Notes: generated by a model from the sequence alone, not told the origin. A stretch of DNA of 40,000 nt from Aequorivita sp. (GCA_034676445.1 JAUCCE010000002.1:997573-1037572), one strand, 5' to 3'; counted from the first letter of the stretch, positions 1 through 7,918 are shown. Numbers and translations are program-made.

Positions 1-462
1 CACATAATTTATGCGGGCGGTCTCCGTATTGGCGAAGTGATCCGGTTGCGTGTAACCGATGTTCGCAGTGCTGATGGCTACATTTTTATTAAAGACAGCA
101 AAGGCAAGAAGGATCGGCATACGGTGCTTAGTCCCTTTCTTTTGGAACTATTGCGGGAATATTATAAGGAACATAAGCCCAGCTACTGGCTCTTTGAAGG
201 CCAGGACGGTGGCCAATATTCTGCAAAAAGCATTCAAAACATTTACCGAAAAGCAGTTAAGGAGACCAAGAGCAATCCGTGGAGCACGCCACATACCCTC
301 CGGCATTCCTTTGCCACCCACTTAATGCAGCAAGGAGTGAATATTCGGTATATTCAAAGTGCTTTGGGCCATTCCAGCAGCAAAACCACCGAAGTTTATA
401 CCCGGGTATTGGGAATAAGCAATAAAACCTTAAAAAGTCCTTTGGATACGTTATTTGAATAG
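1..462 (+). CDS. tyrosine recombinase (Xer/phage-integrase fold), C-terminal ~153 aa; 5' end outside the window
   Basis: Frame 1 is open from nt 1 (HIIYAGGLRIGEVIRLR...). Catalytic-domain motifs GLRIGE, KGKKDRHTVL, HTLRHSFATHL and LGHSSSKTTEVYTRV (Tyr nucleophile); ends ...SPLDTLFE*. Only ~58 aa between KDR and HTLRH, so no IntI-type extra segment. Confidence 0.9.
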   Translation, partial: HIIYAGGLRIGEVIRLRVTDVRSADGYIFIKDSKGKKDRHTVLSPFLLELLREYYKEHKPSYWLFEGQDGGQYSAKSIQNIYRKAVKETKSNPWSTPHTLRHSFATHLMQQGVNIRYIQSALGHSSSKTTEVYTRVLGISNKTLKSPLDTLFE

Positions 463-507
463 GTTACATTTGATAAAGCGAAATTTCTCCGGTTTGCTCC
501 GTCCAAA

Positions 508-564
508 GTCAATATAAACGACACAAATCGCTCTGAAACTTCGTTTATAGACATGTCGCCTGCT
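508..564 (+). other. candidate attI-like or degenerate attC junction: hairpin plus variant core GTCGCCTGCT
   Basis: Arms gtcaatataaacga (508-521) and tcgtttatagac (541-552). 555-564 GTCGCCTGCT is the reverse complement of 1043-1052 AGCAGGCAAC except T->C at core position 3. Right arm resembles the family C right arm cgtttatacgagacGTT. Confidence 0.4.
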
Positions 565-611
565 ATTTGAAAGAAAAACCACTAATCGAATAATTAAACA
601 AACAAATAAAT

Positions 612-710
612 ATGAGCACCTTTTATAATAAAGAAACTAAGAGAATCACTTGGATTTCTTTGGTCATAATTTTATTCGTTTTGCTAATAATAAAGTTTAT
701 AGTAAAATAA
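612..710 (+). CDS. possible 32-aa hydrophobic peptide (MSTFYNKETKRITWISLVIILFVLLIIKFIVK) in cassette 1
   Basis: ATG-to-TAA ORF read by eye (below the ORF-track cutoff); single predicted TM helix; no homology evidence. Confidence 0.25.
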   Translation: MSTFYNKETKRITWISLVIILFVLLIIKFIVK

Positions 711-1045
711 TCTCTAACAATCAAAGACGATTTAAAAAAAAAAGATTTTTGGTCGATTGGGAAAGAAGAAAAAGTTGAGCGGAAAAACTGCGGAACCAAG
801 AAAAAAGGGATTTCGGCACTTTTGGCATCGGACGGGATTTTGGAGAAAGACCATTTTTAGTCGGTTAAGGTTCGTGAAAGAAGAAAAAAGTTGCTCGGAT
901 TTTAACAAACTGTTTCCGAAAGAGATTTAGGAAAGTCGAGTATCGGAAGCGTAAAACCGACGAAAGCCGTTTTCTTTTTGCGATGGTCTGTGAAAGAAAA
1001 AAAGCGGAACGCAAGGAAAACGGAGGGGGACCGCAGGAAAACAGC

Positions 1046-1241
1046 AGGCAACAAGGTATAAAAAAAATAGGGCAATTAAGTGCTAAGCCCAATGTTTTAG
1101 AATATTTACGAGGTCGCCAAATCTTCTGATTTGGCTTTTAGAATAAAAATATAAAACAAAATGCAAAAGATTTGGCTTGTGGATAATCCGAAAGGTAATT
1201 GTTTATTTTCAGCCCTACTTCTTTTATACTAAACGTTGCCA
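1046..1241 (+). other. attC-like site, family A (A1)
   Basis: R'' AGGCAAC 1046-1052 and R' GTTGCCA 1235-1241. Arms tataaaaaaaatagggc / gccctacttcttttata pair; central gccaaatc-tt(c/t)t-gatttggc hairpin. Four family A copies in the window. Confidence 0.85.
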
Positions 1242-1254
1242 CCAATTTGAATAA

Positions 1255-2406
1255 ATGACGAAAGTGAAATTCATATATCTATTTTTTATACTAGCAATTT
1301 TCAGTTGCAAGTTGGATAAAAAGAATGTACCGAATAACTTGATTGGTGAATGGAGTAAAATCGACGAAATAAAACGTAAGGATTCTCCTCCGCCGCCATT
1401 CAATGAACCTTTCGGTATTGGATTTACAGAAGACAGAATTGAGTTTTTTAATGGTTTCAAACGGTTTGACCAAGATTCTATTTCAAGAAAACGACACTTA
1501 AACTATAAAGGAACATTTGCTGATTACAAAGTTCAAGTGGATAGTATATTTATTCTTGACCCATTTAATGAAAAGTGGGAGTTTAAATGGAAAATAACGA
1601 AAAATTTATCTGACACTTTAATTCTAACATCCAACGATTCCACATCTATAAAGCTTGAAAGAATTAACAACAGCAAATCAAATATAAATTTTGACCAAAT
1701 TATATTCTCTAGTTCCTATTGTTATGGTTCTTGTCCAGTAATTGACATTTCAATTGATAACAAGAATAAGGTATATTATCAAGGGGAAGATTATGTAAAT
1801 CCTCTAGGAATTTATGAATCATCCATTGACAACCTCAAAACAAAATATATATTTTCAAAGTTCGGAAATGCAAATATTGATAGTTTACTAAATAATTATA
1901 GAGCAAACCATACCGATGACCGAACTATTACAACAACATTTGTTAAAAATGGTAAAATAGTAAAAACCATTCGCGACTATGGTAAAACTGGTCCAAAAGA
2001 ATTGGTTTGGGCTTATGTTCCAATAGAAAATTTACATACTCAAATTGAACTCGATAGTTTAAAAAAGAATCAATTTCATCATTTTAAAATTGAGTTTGGT
2101 AATTTTCACAACAATCATCATTTTTTGCCAATCGAAAAGTCGGAAAGCTTTTTTTTATGGACAGAACTTAGTAAATCAAAAAGAGTATCCGAAAAATTCA
2201 ATTCTAAGTACTCCATCACATATTGGCAGCCTGAATCAGATGAAAATGGAAAACAACAATACGAAATTGATAGAATTGAAACTGATGGAAGATTTTTTAA
2301 ATTTTATTATAACAAACACGAATCAGTGACTTATGATTTAGGATATGATTTTATCAAAAGAAATTATAAGGAATCTGATTTTTATGAGAATTCAAATAAT
2401 AATTAA
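1255..2406 (+). CDS. hypothetical secreted protein / probable lipoprotein (383 aa), cassette 2
   Basis: Long ORF with an N-terminal signal-like MTKVKFIYLFFILAIFSC (Cys after the hydrophobic core). The CYGSCPV segment is reminiscent of DUF6438-type proteins (weak recollection). No function assignable. Confidence 0.75.
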   Translation: MTKVKFIYLFFILAIFSCKLDKKNVPNNLIGEWSKIDEIKRKDSPPPPFNEPFGIGFTEDRIEFFNGFKRFDQDSISRKRHLNYKGTFADYKVQVDSIFILDPFNEKWEFKWKITKNLSDTLILTSNDSTSIKLERINNSKSNINFDQIIFSSSYCYGSCPVIDISIDNKNKVYYQGEDYVNPLGIYESSIDNLKTKYIFSKFGNANIDSLLNNYRANHTDDRTITTTFVKNGKIVKTIRDYGKTGPKELVWAYVPIENLHTQIELDSLKKNQFHHFKIEFGNFHNNHHFLPIEKSESFFLWTELSKSKRVSEKFNSKYSITYWQPESDENGKQQYEIDRIETDGRFFKFYYNKHESVTYDLGYDFIKRNYKESDFYENSNNN

Positions 2407-2705
2407 AAAAAACTGGTGGCAATAACTAAGCATTCGTGTGGTCGGAACGACCCAACATGAATGCAGTGTTGACTGAACCGGTTTTTGTCGGTTTGCCCTA
2501 TGGGGATTGGTCTAGTTTGGGATGGATCTTTAGGAGTCGGTCTTTCCTGATTTGGGATCGTTGACCTCTTTTTTTGCTAAGGAATCAATGTGTACTGTTC
2601 ATTTGTAGTTTCTCTTCTCTGCTTTTCAGGTCTGTCAGGCCGTTTTCTTCCCCCGAAGTTTCGGGGTGGCCATAGGAGTCCCGTTACGTCGGGATTCACG
2701 TTTTT

Positions 2706-3860
2706 TTAAATGGGTCTGTTTAACTGTTTTTTGATCTGTTCTTGCCAGTGTTGCGGTGGTCCCCGGGCGGGGAAGGTCGCGATGGTGACCAGGTTGCCTT
2801 TCTTGCATGCCGGACACTTGCGGTGCATCAAAGGCTCTGTTTCCGCAAGCTCTGGTTTGCCAACCACTTCTTGTAATTCTGGGATAATAGTTCGCTTATA
2901 ATAACTGCTCAAGATGCCGTAATGCCTGATACGGGTAAACCCCTTGGGCAGGATATGCAATGAAAACCGCCTGATAAACTCGGCATCGGGCAGGCCGAGT
3001 ATCGACTTTTTGCCCCCTTGCCGATAATCCTTTACCATAAACGTTACTTTTCCATCTTCCAGGCTTTTTAGCCGATGGTTGCTTATGGCGATCTTATGGG
3101 TATAGCGACCGAGGTATTCCACTACCTGTGAGGGCCCAAAGAATGGACGTTTGCAATAGACCACCCAGTTGTGCCTGAACAGGCTTTCGTAAAATGAAGG
3201 GGGCTTTGATTTCCCCAGTTCCTTGCGCAGGCCAGCTACAAAACGGGCCCTAAAGACCTTGCCCATTGCCTTTACAGGGAACAGGTAGCGTGCCGTTCGG
3301 CAGCCAGGCTTTCCCTTGCTTTTGGCATGTTTCCATTTGCCGGATTGGGTGATCCCGCCCCCCGGGACGATGCAGTGCAGGTGTGGGTGCAACGAGAGGT
3401 TCTGGCCCCAGGTGTGCAGGATGGCGACCATGCCCATCTTGGCGCCCAAGAACTTGGGGTTGGCACCAAAATCCCCAATGATGCCCCAGGCCGTTTTGAA
3501 CAAAAGGTCGTACACCAATTTTGGCTCGTACAGACATAATTGGTTCAGTTCACAGGGCAGGGTAAAGACCACGTGGAAGTAAGAAACGTTCAATAGATCT
3601 GCCTCCCTTGCCCGGATCCATTCTTCCTTCCTGTGTCCCTGGCACTTGGGGCAATGACGGTTGCGGCAGCTGTTGTAACTGAGATGGAGCTTATGGCAGG
3701 TAGGATTGTCGCAACGGTCTATGTGGCCGCCCAGGGCCGCGGTGCGGCACTTGCGAAGGGCGTGCAGGGTGCGTGCTTGCCAGCTGTTGGCACAAAGATC
3801 GGCAAGGCTCTCCCTGTTGCGCTCCAATACGTGCGCTACTTCATGATCGGGACAGGACAT
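2706..3860 (-). CDS. IS91-family (HUH, Y2) rolling-circle transposase
   Basis: N-terminal Cys-rich zinc-binding region (CDNPTCHKLHLSYNSCRNRHCPKC), HUH-like LHPHLHCIVPGGG, Tyr pair in VVEYLGRYTHK. 384-aa ORF; start overlaps the upstream recombinase stop. Confidence 0.9.
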   Translation of the reverse strand: MSCPDHEVAHVLERNRESLADLCANSWQARTLHALRKCRTAALGGHIDRCDNPTCHKLHLSYNSCRNRHCPKCQGHRKEEWIRAREADLLNVSYFHVVFTLPCELNQLCLYEPKLVYDLLFKTAWGIIGDFGANPKFLGAKMGMVAILHTWGQNLSLHPHLHCIVPGGGITQSGKWKHAKSKGKPGCRTARYLFPVKAMGKVFRARFVAGLRKELGKSKPPSFYESLFRHNWVVYCKRPFFGPSQVVEYLGRYTHKIAISNHRLKSLEDGKVTFMVKDYRQGGKKSILGLPDAEFIRRFSLHILPKGFTRIRHYGILSSYYKRTIIPELQEVVGKPELAETEPLMHRKCPACKKGNLVTIATFPARGPPQHWQEQIKKQLNRPI

Positions 3861-3862
3861 CC

Positions 3863-4765
3863 CTATTGGCCATAAAGCCTATCCAGCGGACTGAATGGCC
3901 TTTGCCTACCCGATTGTGCCACATGAAGGTAGATAAGCGTAGTCTGGATATCCGCATGCCCCAAGAGGTCTTTCACGCTCATAATGTCCAGGCCCATTTC
4001 CAAGAGATGGGTGGCATAAGTGTGGCGCAGAATATGGGCGGTGATCTCCTTTGGGATCCCGCTTTGCTTGCGGGCCTCACGTACGATCCATTGTATTCCC
4101 TGTGAGGAAAGCTGTGCAGGACTGCCTGTTTTATCATTGCCGGTAAAGCACCAGGTAGTGGGGTTTTCCGCCAAGAAGTACTTCTTTAGACCACGGATTT
4201 GCATCTCGGACAGGGGAACATACCGGTCCTTGCGTCCTTTGCCCTGGCGCACGTGCACCATCTTCCTGTCAAAGTCCAGGTCCCTGCACTGTAGGTTGCG
4301 GAGTTCAAAATTGCGGAGCCCACAACCATAGAGCATCGCAAGTATCAATCGGTGCTTGAGTAATTTAGGGGTCTTCAGCAGTTGTTTTATCTCCCTTTGG
4401 TTCAACACAACGGGGAGTTTCTTGGGGCGTTCAATGGAAGGAAGTACCACCCGCATTTCTTTCATGCCAAAGACACGGTAGGCATAGCGAAGACCATAGA
4501 CGGTGTGCTTGAAAAAACTGTCCGAAGGGGTCTTGTGCTGTGACTTTAAAACGTGCAGATAGTCCAAGATTCTGTTCCTCATCGAGCTCCAGTGGGCTAC
4601 AGTTAAAATGGAGTGCGATGTGTGCCAAACAGCGGGCATAGTTGGTAAGGGTGCTCTGGCTTTTGCCAGCGAGCTCAACAGATCGTTTGAGTTTGTGGTA
4701 GAGTGTTGCAAACTCTGGAACGGAAATAATTGCCCTTTGGATAAGGGTGTCATTTTTTTTTTCAT
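3863..4765 (-). CDS. tyrosine recombinase/integrase, translationally coupled to the IS91-family transposase
   Basis: GLRNFEL, GKGRKDRYVPL, HILRHTYATHLLE, LGHADIQTTLIYLHV motifs; ends ...SPLDRLYGQ*. Same architecture as the recombinase at 1-462. Confidence 0.9.
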   Translation of the reverse strand: MKKKMTPLSKGQLFPFQSLQHSTTNSNDLLSSLAKARAPLPTMPAVWHTSHSILTVAHWSSMRNRILDYLHVLKSQHKTPSDSFFKHTVYGLRYAYRVFGMKEMRVVLPSIERPKKLPVVLNQREIKQLLKTPKLLKHRLILAMLYGCGLRNFELRNLQCRDLDFDRKMVHVRQGKGRKDRYVPLSEMQIRGLKKYFLAENPTTWCFTGNDKTGSPAQLSSQGIQWIVREARKQSGIPKEITAHILRHTYATHLLEMGLDIMSVKDLLGHADIQTTLIYLHVAQSGRQRPFSPLDRLYGQ

Positions 4766-4854
4766 AATATTGAGTATTAGATTAAACCTTAATTCCTAAA
4801 GGTAGTGAATCGTGACATAACTGTCCCGTGAAGCTACCTTTAGGTTTAGTTCAA

Positions 4855-5045
4855 CACTGTATAAAAAAAATAGGGCAAGCAAGTGCTAAACCCAATGTTT
4901 CAAGCACATTTGCGAGGTCGCCAAATCTTTTGATTTGGCTTTAGAACAAAAATATAAATTAAAAATGCAAAAGATTTGGCTTGTGGATAATCCGAAAAGT
5001 AATTGCTTATTTACAGCCCTACTTCTTTTATACTAAACGTTGTGG
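4855..5045 (+). other. attC-like site, family A (A2), right part; its R'' is split by the IS91-family insertion (left part 2417-2422)
   Basis: c-actgtataaaaaaaatagggcaagc...gccctacttcttttatactaaacGTTGTGG; R' GTT at 5039-5041. Confidence 0.85.
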
Positions 5046-5125
5046 GAGAGTTTATAGAGGTAAAAGTTGGAGTAAGCAATACTCAAAAATCGTCTGAAAA
5101 TGGGTTCTGGAATCTCAGCAAAAAT

Positions 5126-5377
5126 GAAAACACGGTTTTTAGGCTGTGGAATCCCAAAATCCCATCTTGGGCAGTTTTGTGTTTGCTAAAGGAGGCTCCT
5201 GTCGGATAGCAACTGGACGCAGAGGTTTTGTTTCGGCATTTCTTTCGAAGTTGGTGCTGTGGGATTTTGGGATTCCGTCAAAGGCAATCGCTTATTTTCT
5301 CAAGATAGTAGAGGGCGCAACGTATGAAGATTTTTTAAGTAGGTGTCTATTTGCGAAGGATTAAAAACCGTGTTTTC
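5126..5377 (+). repeat. nested long-range inverted repeats inside ORF-less cassette 3 (candidate structured RNA/DNA element)
   Basis: Outer 16-bp perfect pair 5126-5141 / 5362-5377 and inner 17-bp perfect pair 5148-5164 / 5260-5276. The only ORFs here are a 68-aa ORF starting in attC A2 and a 72-aa ORF without support. Confidence 0.5.
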
Positions 5378-5433
5378 GGCAAACTTTTGAGGTCATTTCC
5401 TCTCCGCGATGGTCCGTGACCTGGAAAACCCTC

Positions 5434-5620
5434 CCACAACACCAGCTATAAGCAATGCGGGATAAGTGCCAAACCGGAAAGCAGTTGTATATTTACGAGG
5501 CCGCCAAAACTTTTTGGCGATTAGAATAATAAGAAATTAAAGAACAAAAGTTTTGGCTTAGTGCAAATTCGAAAATTATTGCATTTTTGCCCCGCACTGC
5601 TCATAGCCGAGACGTTGTGG
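5434..5620 (+). other. attC-like site, family B (B1)
   Basis: R'' CCACAAC 5434-5440 and R' GTTGTGG 5614-5620. Arms gctataagcaatgcggg / ccccgcactgctcatagc; central cgccaaaactttttggcg palindrome. 187 bp. Confidence 0.85.
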
Positions 5621-5983
5621 GCTATGTAGAAGGAATTCCAATAAAACGGAATCGACACTCAAAAATTGACGTTCTTACCAATAAAAAACGAACTAAATCC
5701 AGCGGAACCAATTGCGGGCGGATTAAAGAAAAAATGTCGGAAAGATTTTTATCCGAACTGAAAACCGTTCAGCGGACTTAAAAAAGTAGCGGATAAAAAA
5801 GAGAAAGATTTCCAATCATTGCGTCGGACTTTTATCAGCGGAACGCAAGCAACAGCGGAAAAGAAAGCTTATTTGCGAAATCTGGGTTTTAATCATCAAA
5901 GACAAGTGAATTTCTGCGATGGCTGGTGAAAGAGAAAAAAGGAAAACGGAATCAGAACGCAAGCAGAATATAAAAAACACAGC

Positions 5984-6170
5984 CCACAACATTAGCTATA
6001 AGCAATGCGGGATAAGTGCAAAACCCGAAAGCAGTTGTATATTTACGAGGTCGCCAAAACTTTTTGGCGATTAGAACAATAAGAAATTAATGAACAAAAG
6101 TTTTGGCTTGTTGCGAATTCGAAAATGATTGCATTTTTGCCCCGCACTGCTCATAGCCGAGACGTTGTGG
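5984..6170 (+). other. attC-like site, family B (B2)
   Basis: AGCCCACAAC 5981-5990 complements 5614 GTTGTGGGCT; R' GTT at 6164-6166. Confidence 0.85.
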
Positions 6171-6195
6171 GCTATGTGAAAAAAATAAATCATAA

Positions 6196-6378
6196 ATGGA
6201 TTTTATAAATCTAACTGTCGGAATTCTACTAATTACACTTGGGATTTTTCTAATTGTATTCTATAAAAAACTAAAAACTAAGAATAAAAGAGGAGGTTTA
6301 TCATTTAAATTACAAACAGCTGGAATTGGCGCTTTGATTATTGGAATCGGTTTAATCATAAGGGAATTTTGGAAATAA
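6196..6378 (+). CDS. small membrane protein (60 aa, two hydrophobic helices), cassette 5
   Basis: ATG ORF 30 nt after the cassette start: MDFINLTVGILLITLGIFLIVFYKK...TAGIGALIIGIGLIIREFWK. No homology evidence. Confidence 0.45.
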   Translation: MDFINLTVGILLITLGIFLIVFYKKLKTKNKRGGLSFKLQTAGIGALIIGIGLIIREFWK

Positions 6379-6630
6379 AATTATGGAAAAGAAAATTCTT
6401 AATTGAAGGAACCGATTCAGCGGAGAAGGAAAAAATTTCTAAACAATACCGAAAAGAATGTAACAATTGCGTCTGACCTTTATCAGCAGAACCCAAGCAA
6501 CGGCGGAAAAGAACCCTTATTTGCGAAATCTGTGTTTTAATCATCGAACGCAAGTGATTTTCTGCGATGGCCATTGAAAGATAAAAAAGGAAAACGTAAG
6601 CAGAACGCAATCGGAGCGAGCAAACACAGC

Positions 6631-6817
6631 CCACAACACAAGCTATAAGCAATGCGGGATAAGTGCCAAACCGAAAAGCAATTGTATATTTACGAGGTCG
6701 CCAAAACTTTTTGGTGATCAGAATAATAAGAAATTAAAGAACAAAAGTTTTGGCTTATTGCGGATTCGAAAATGATTGCATTTTTGCCCCGCACTGCTCA
6801 TAGCCGAGACGTTGCCT
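6631..6817 (+). other. attC-like site, family B (B3)
   Basis: AGCCCACAAC 6628-6637 complements 6164 GTTGTGGGCT; R' GTTGCCT 6811-6817. Confidence 0.85.
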
Positions 6818-7121
6818 GTCATTTAAGGAAATAAATCATAAAGAAAAAATGTCCGGTTTTTCAATTTTTTTCGGACAATTAAGCGGAATAGGATAACATA
6901 GCGGAATCGAGTAAAAAGACTTTCAATCAATACGCAAGCAACGACGGAATCGGTCCGATGCCTTGAGCAACAAAGCGGAGCAACGCCGAAACTTTAGCTT
7001 GTTTGCGGAATTTAGAAAAAGAAATAAAATTTCGGAAACCTCTGACAAAGTCGAATTCCAATGACCAAGCAGTTACAGAGCGGAATAATGATGGAGACAG
7101 CGCACAAAAACGCCAGGCAAC
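6812..7121 (+). repeat. ORF-less cassette, diverged member of cassette family X (roughly 90% identical by eye to the 11764-12076 unit, with an indel)
   Basis: Starts TTGCCTGTCATTTAAGGA and ends CAGGCAAC like the X copies. Alignment by eye shows scattered substitutions and a 1-nt indel near 7005-7030. Confidence 0.8.
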
Positions 7122-7301
7122 ACAAGCTATAAGCAATGCGGGATAAGTGCCAAACCGAAAAGCAGTTGTATATTTACGAGGTCGCCAAAACTTTTTGGCG
7201 ATTAGAATAATAAGAAATTAAAGAATAAAAGTTTTGGCTTATTGCGAATTCGAAAATGATTGCATTTTTACCCCGCACTGCTCATAGCCAAAACGTTGCC
7301 A
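7115..7301 (+). other. attC-like site, family B (B4)
   Basis: CAGGCAAC 7114-7121 complements 6811 GTTGCCTG; R' GTTGCCA 7295-7301. Confidence 0.85.
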
Positions 7302-7315
7302 CCAATTTAAAAAAG

Positions 7316-7918
7316 ATGCCGATATTTATATATTCAGCCTTATTTCTGCTCATTATTTTATTGATAAAATTGTTGTTTGACAGAAAACGAAATTGCGGTT
7401 TTAGAATACTAGCAATTTTTGGAATCATTATCGGACTTAGTTTATTGGGATTAAATCATTTATTTAATAAAGCATTTGGTGCTTCAACGCCAGTTAATAT
7501 TCGAACTGAAAATCTGACCAGCGAAAATTTAAAAATTTATTCGATTAAATTCTGGGATAATACCTGGAACGGTAAAAGGAATTTTGTCAATTACGACACA
7601 GAACTGAAACCAAATGAAAAATCAAATGACTTTTGGTTTGAGAATGACGGAACGACAGAATTCTGGGTTGTGGCAAAAAACAATAATAATGAGATAGAAT
7701 ACTTAAATATCGTTACCGAAAACGACAGGGAATTTGTTTTTAAAATAAGAGAAAATCAAAATATTGATTTACAGAAAAAACAAATAGCCCAACAATTAAC
7801 AATGAAAGCAGACAAAGAAGAACAAATCAAAAGTTATGCAATATGGGCAAACATCATATTAATCGGACTTCTGACAATAAGTTTGGTGGATATTAAAACT
7901 GGTGGCAACAAGGCATAA
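7316..7918 (+). CDS. hypothetical membrane protein (200 aa), cassette 7
   Basis: First ATG inside the cassette (the track ORF start at 7256 lies in attC B4). N-terminal TM helices and a C-terminal TM helix. The stop lies inside attC C, read through R'' (..KTGGNKA*). Confidence 0.7.
   Translation: MPIFIYSALFLLIILLIKLLFDRKRNCGFRILAIFGIIIGLSLLGLNHLFNKAFGASTPVNIRTENLTSENLKIYSIKFWDNTWNGKRNFVNYDTELKPNEKSNDFWFENDGTTEFWVVAKNNNNEIEYLNIVTENDREFVFKIRENQNIDLQKKQIAQQLTMKADKEEQIKSYAIWANIILIGLLTISLVDIKTGGNKA

Larger units (their letters stand above)
2423..4854 (-). mobile_element. IS91-family element carrying a tyrosine recombinase gene, inserted in the R'' box of attC A2 (boundaries +/-3 nt)
   Basis: Left flank GGTGGCAA|t (2415-2422) plus right flank C-actgtataaaaaaaatagggc (4855-) rebuilds a family A attC whose R'' GGTGGCAAC complements 1235 GTTGCCACC. 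Visibly GC-richer than surroundings. Terminal hairpins at 2430-2464 and 4795-4844. Confidence 0.8.

Noticed and set aside
1-462. Calling the first gene a canonical integron integrase (intI).
   Set aside because: Position and orientation are suggestive, but the IntI-specific extra segment between the KDR and HxxR boxes is absent. It is therefore reported as a generic tyrosine recombinase with an open hypothesis.
1090-1130. Central hairpins of family A/B sites (e.g. gccaaatc-ttct-gatttggc followed by tttt) considered as intrinsic terminators between cassettes.
   Set aside because: The stems are short and AT-rich and the T-tracts are only 3-4 nt. The hairpin is better explained as part of the larger attC-like palindrome. 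Not excluded, but not supportable as a terminator call.
865-1473. Minus-strand ORFs 865-1092, 1224-1460 and 1291-1473.
   Set aside because: The first spans attC A1 and the purine-rich module. The others are antisense to the well-supported 383-aa ORF or cover the attC.
2710-4799. Numerous 60-110 aa ORFs on both strands within the IS91-family element (e.g. 3250-3537, 3316-3582, 3633-3875, 3773-4105, 4020-4331).
   Set aside because: They overlap the two long, motif-supported genes in alternative frames, in a GC-richer segment where spurious ORFs are expected.
5003-5781. Plus-strand ORFs 5003-5209, 5146-5364 and 5587-5781 in cassettes 3 and 4.
   Set aside because: 5003 and 5587 start inside attC-like sites. 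5146-5364 runs across the perfect inverted repeats. None has recognisable motifs.
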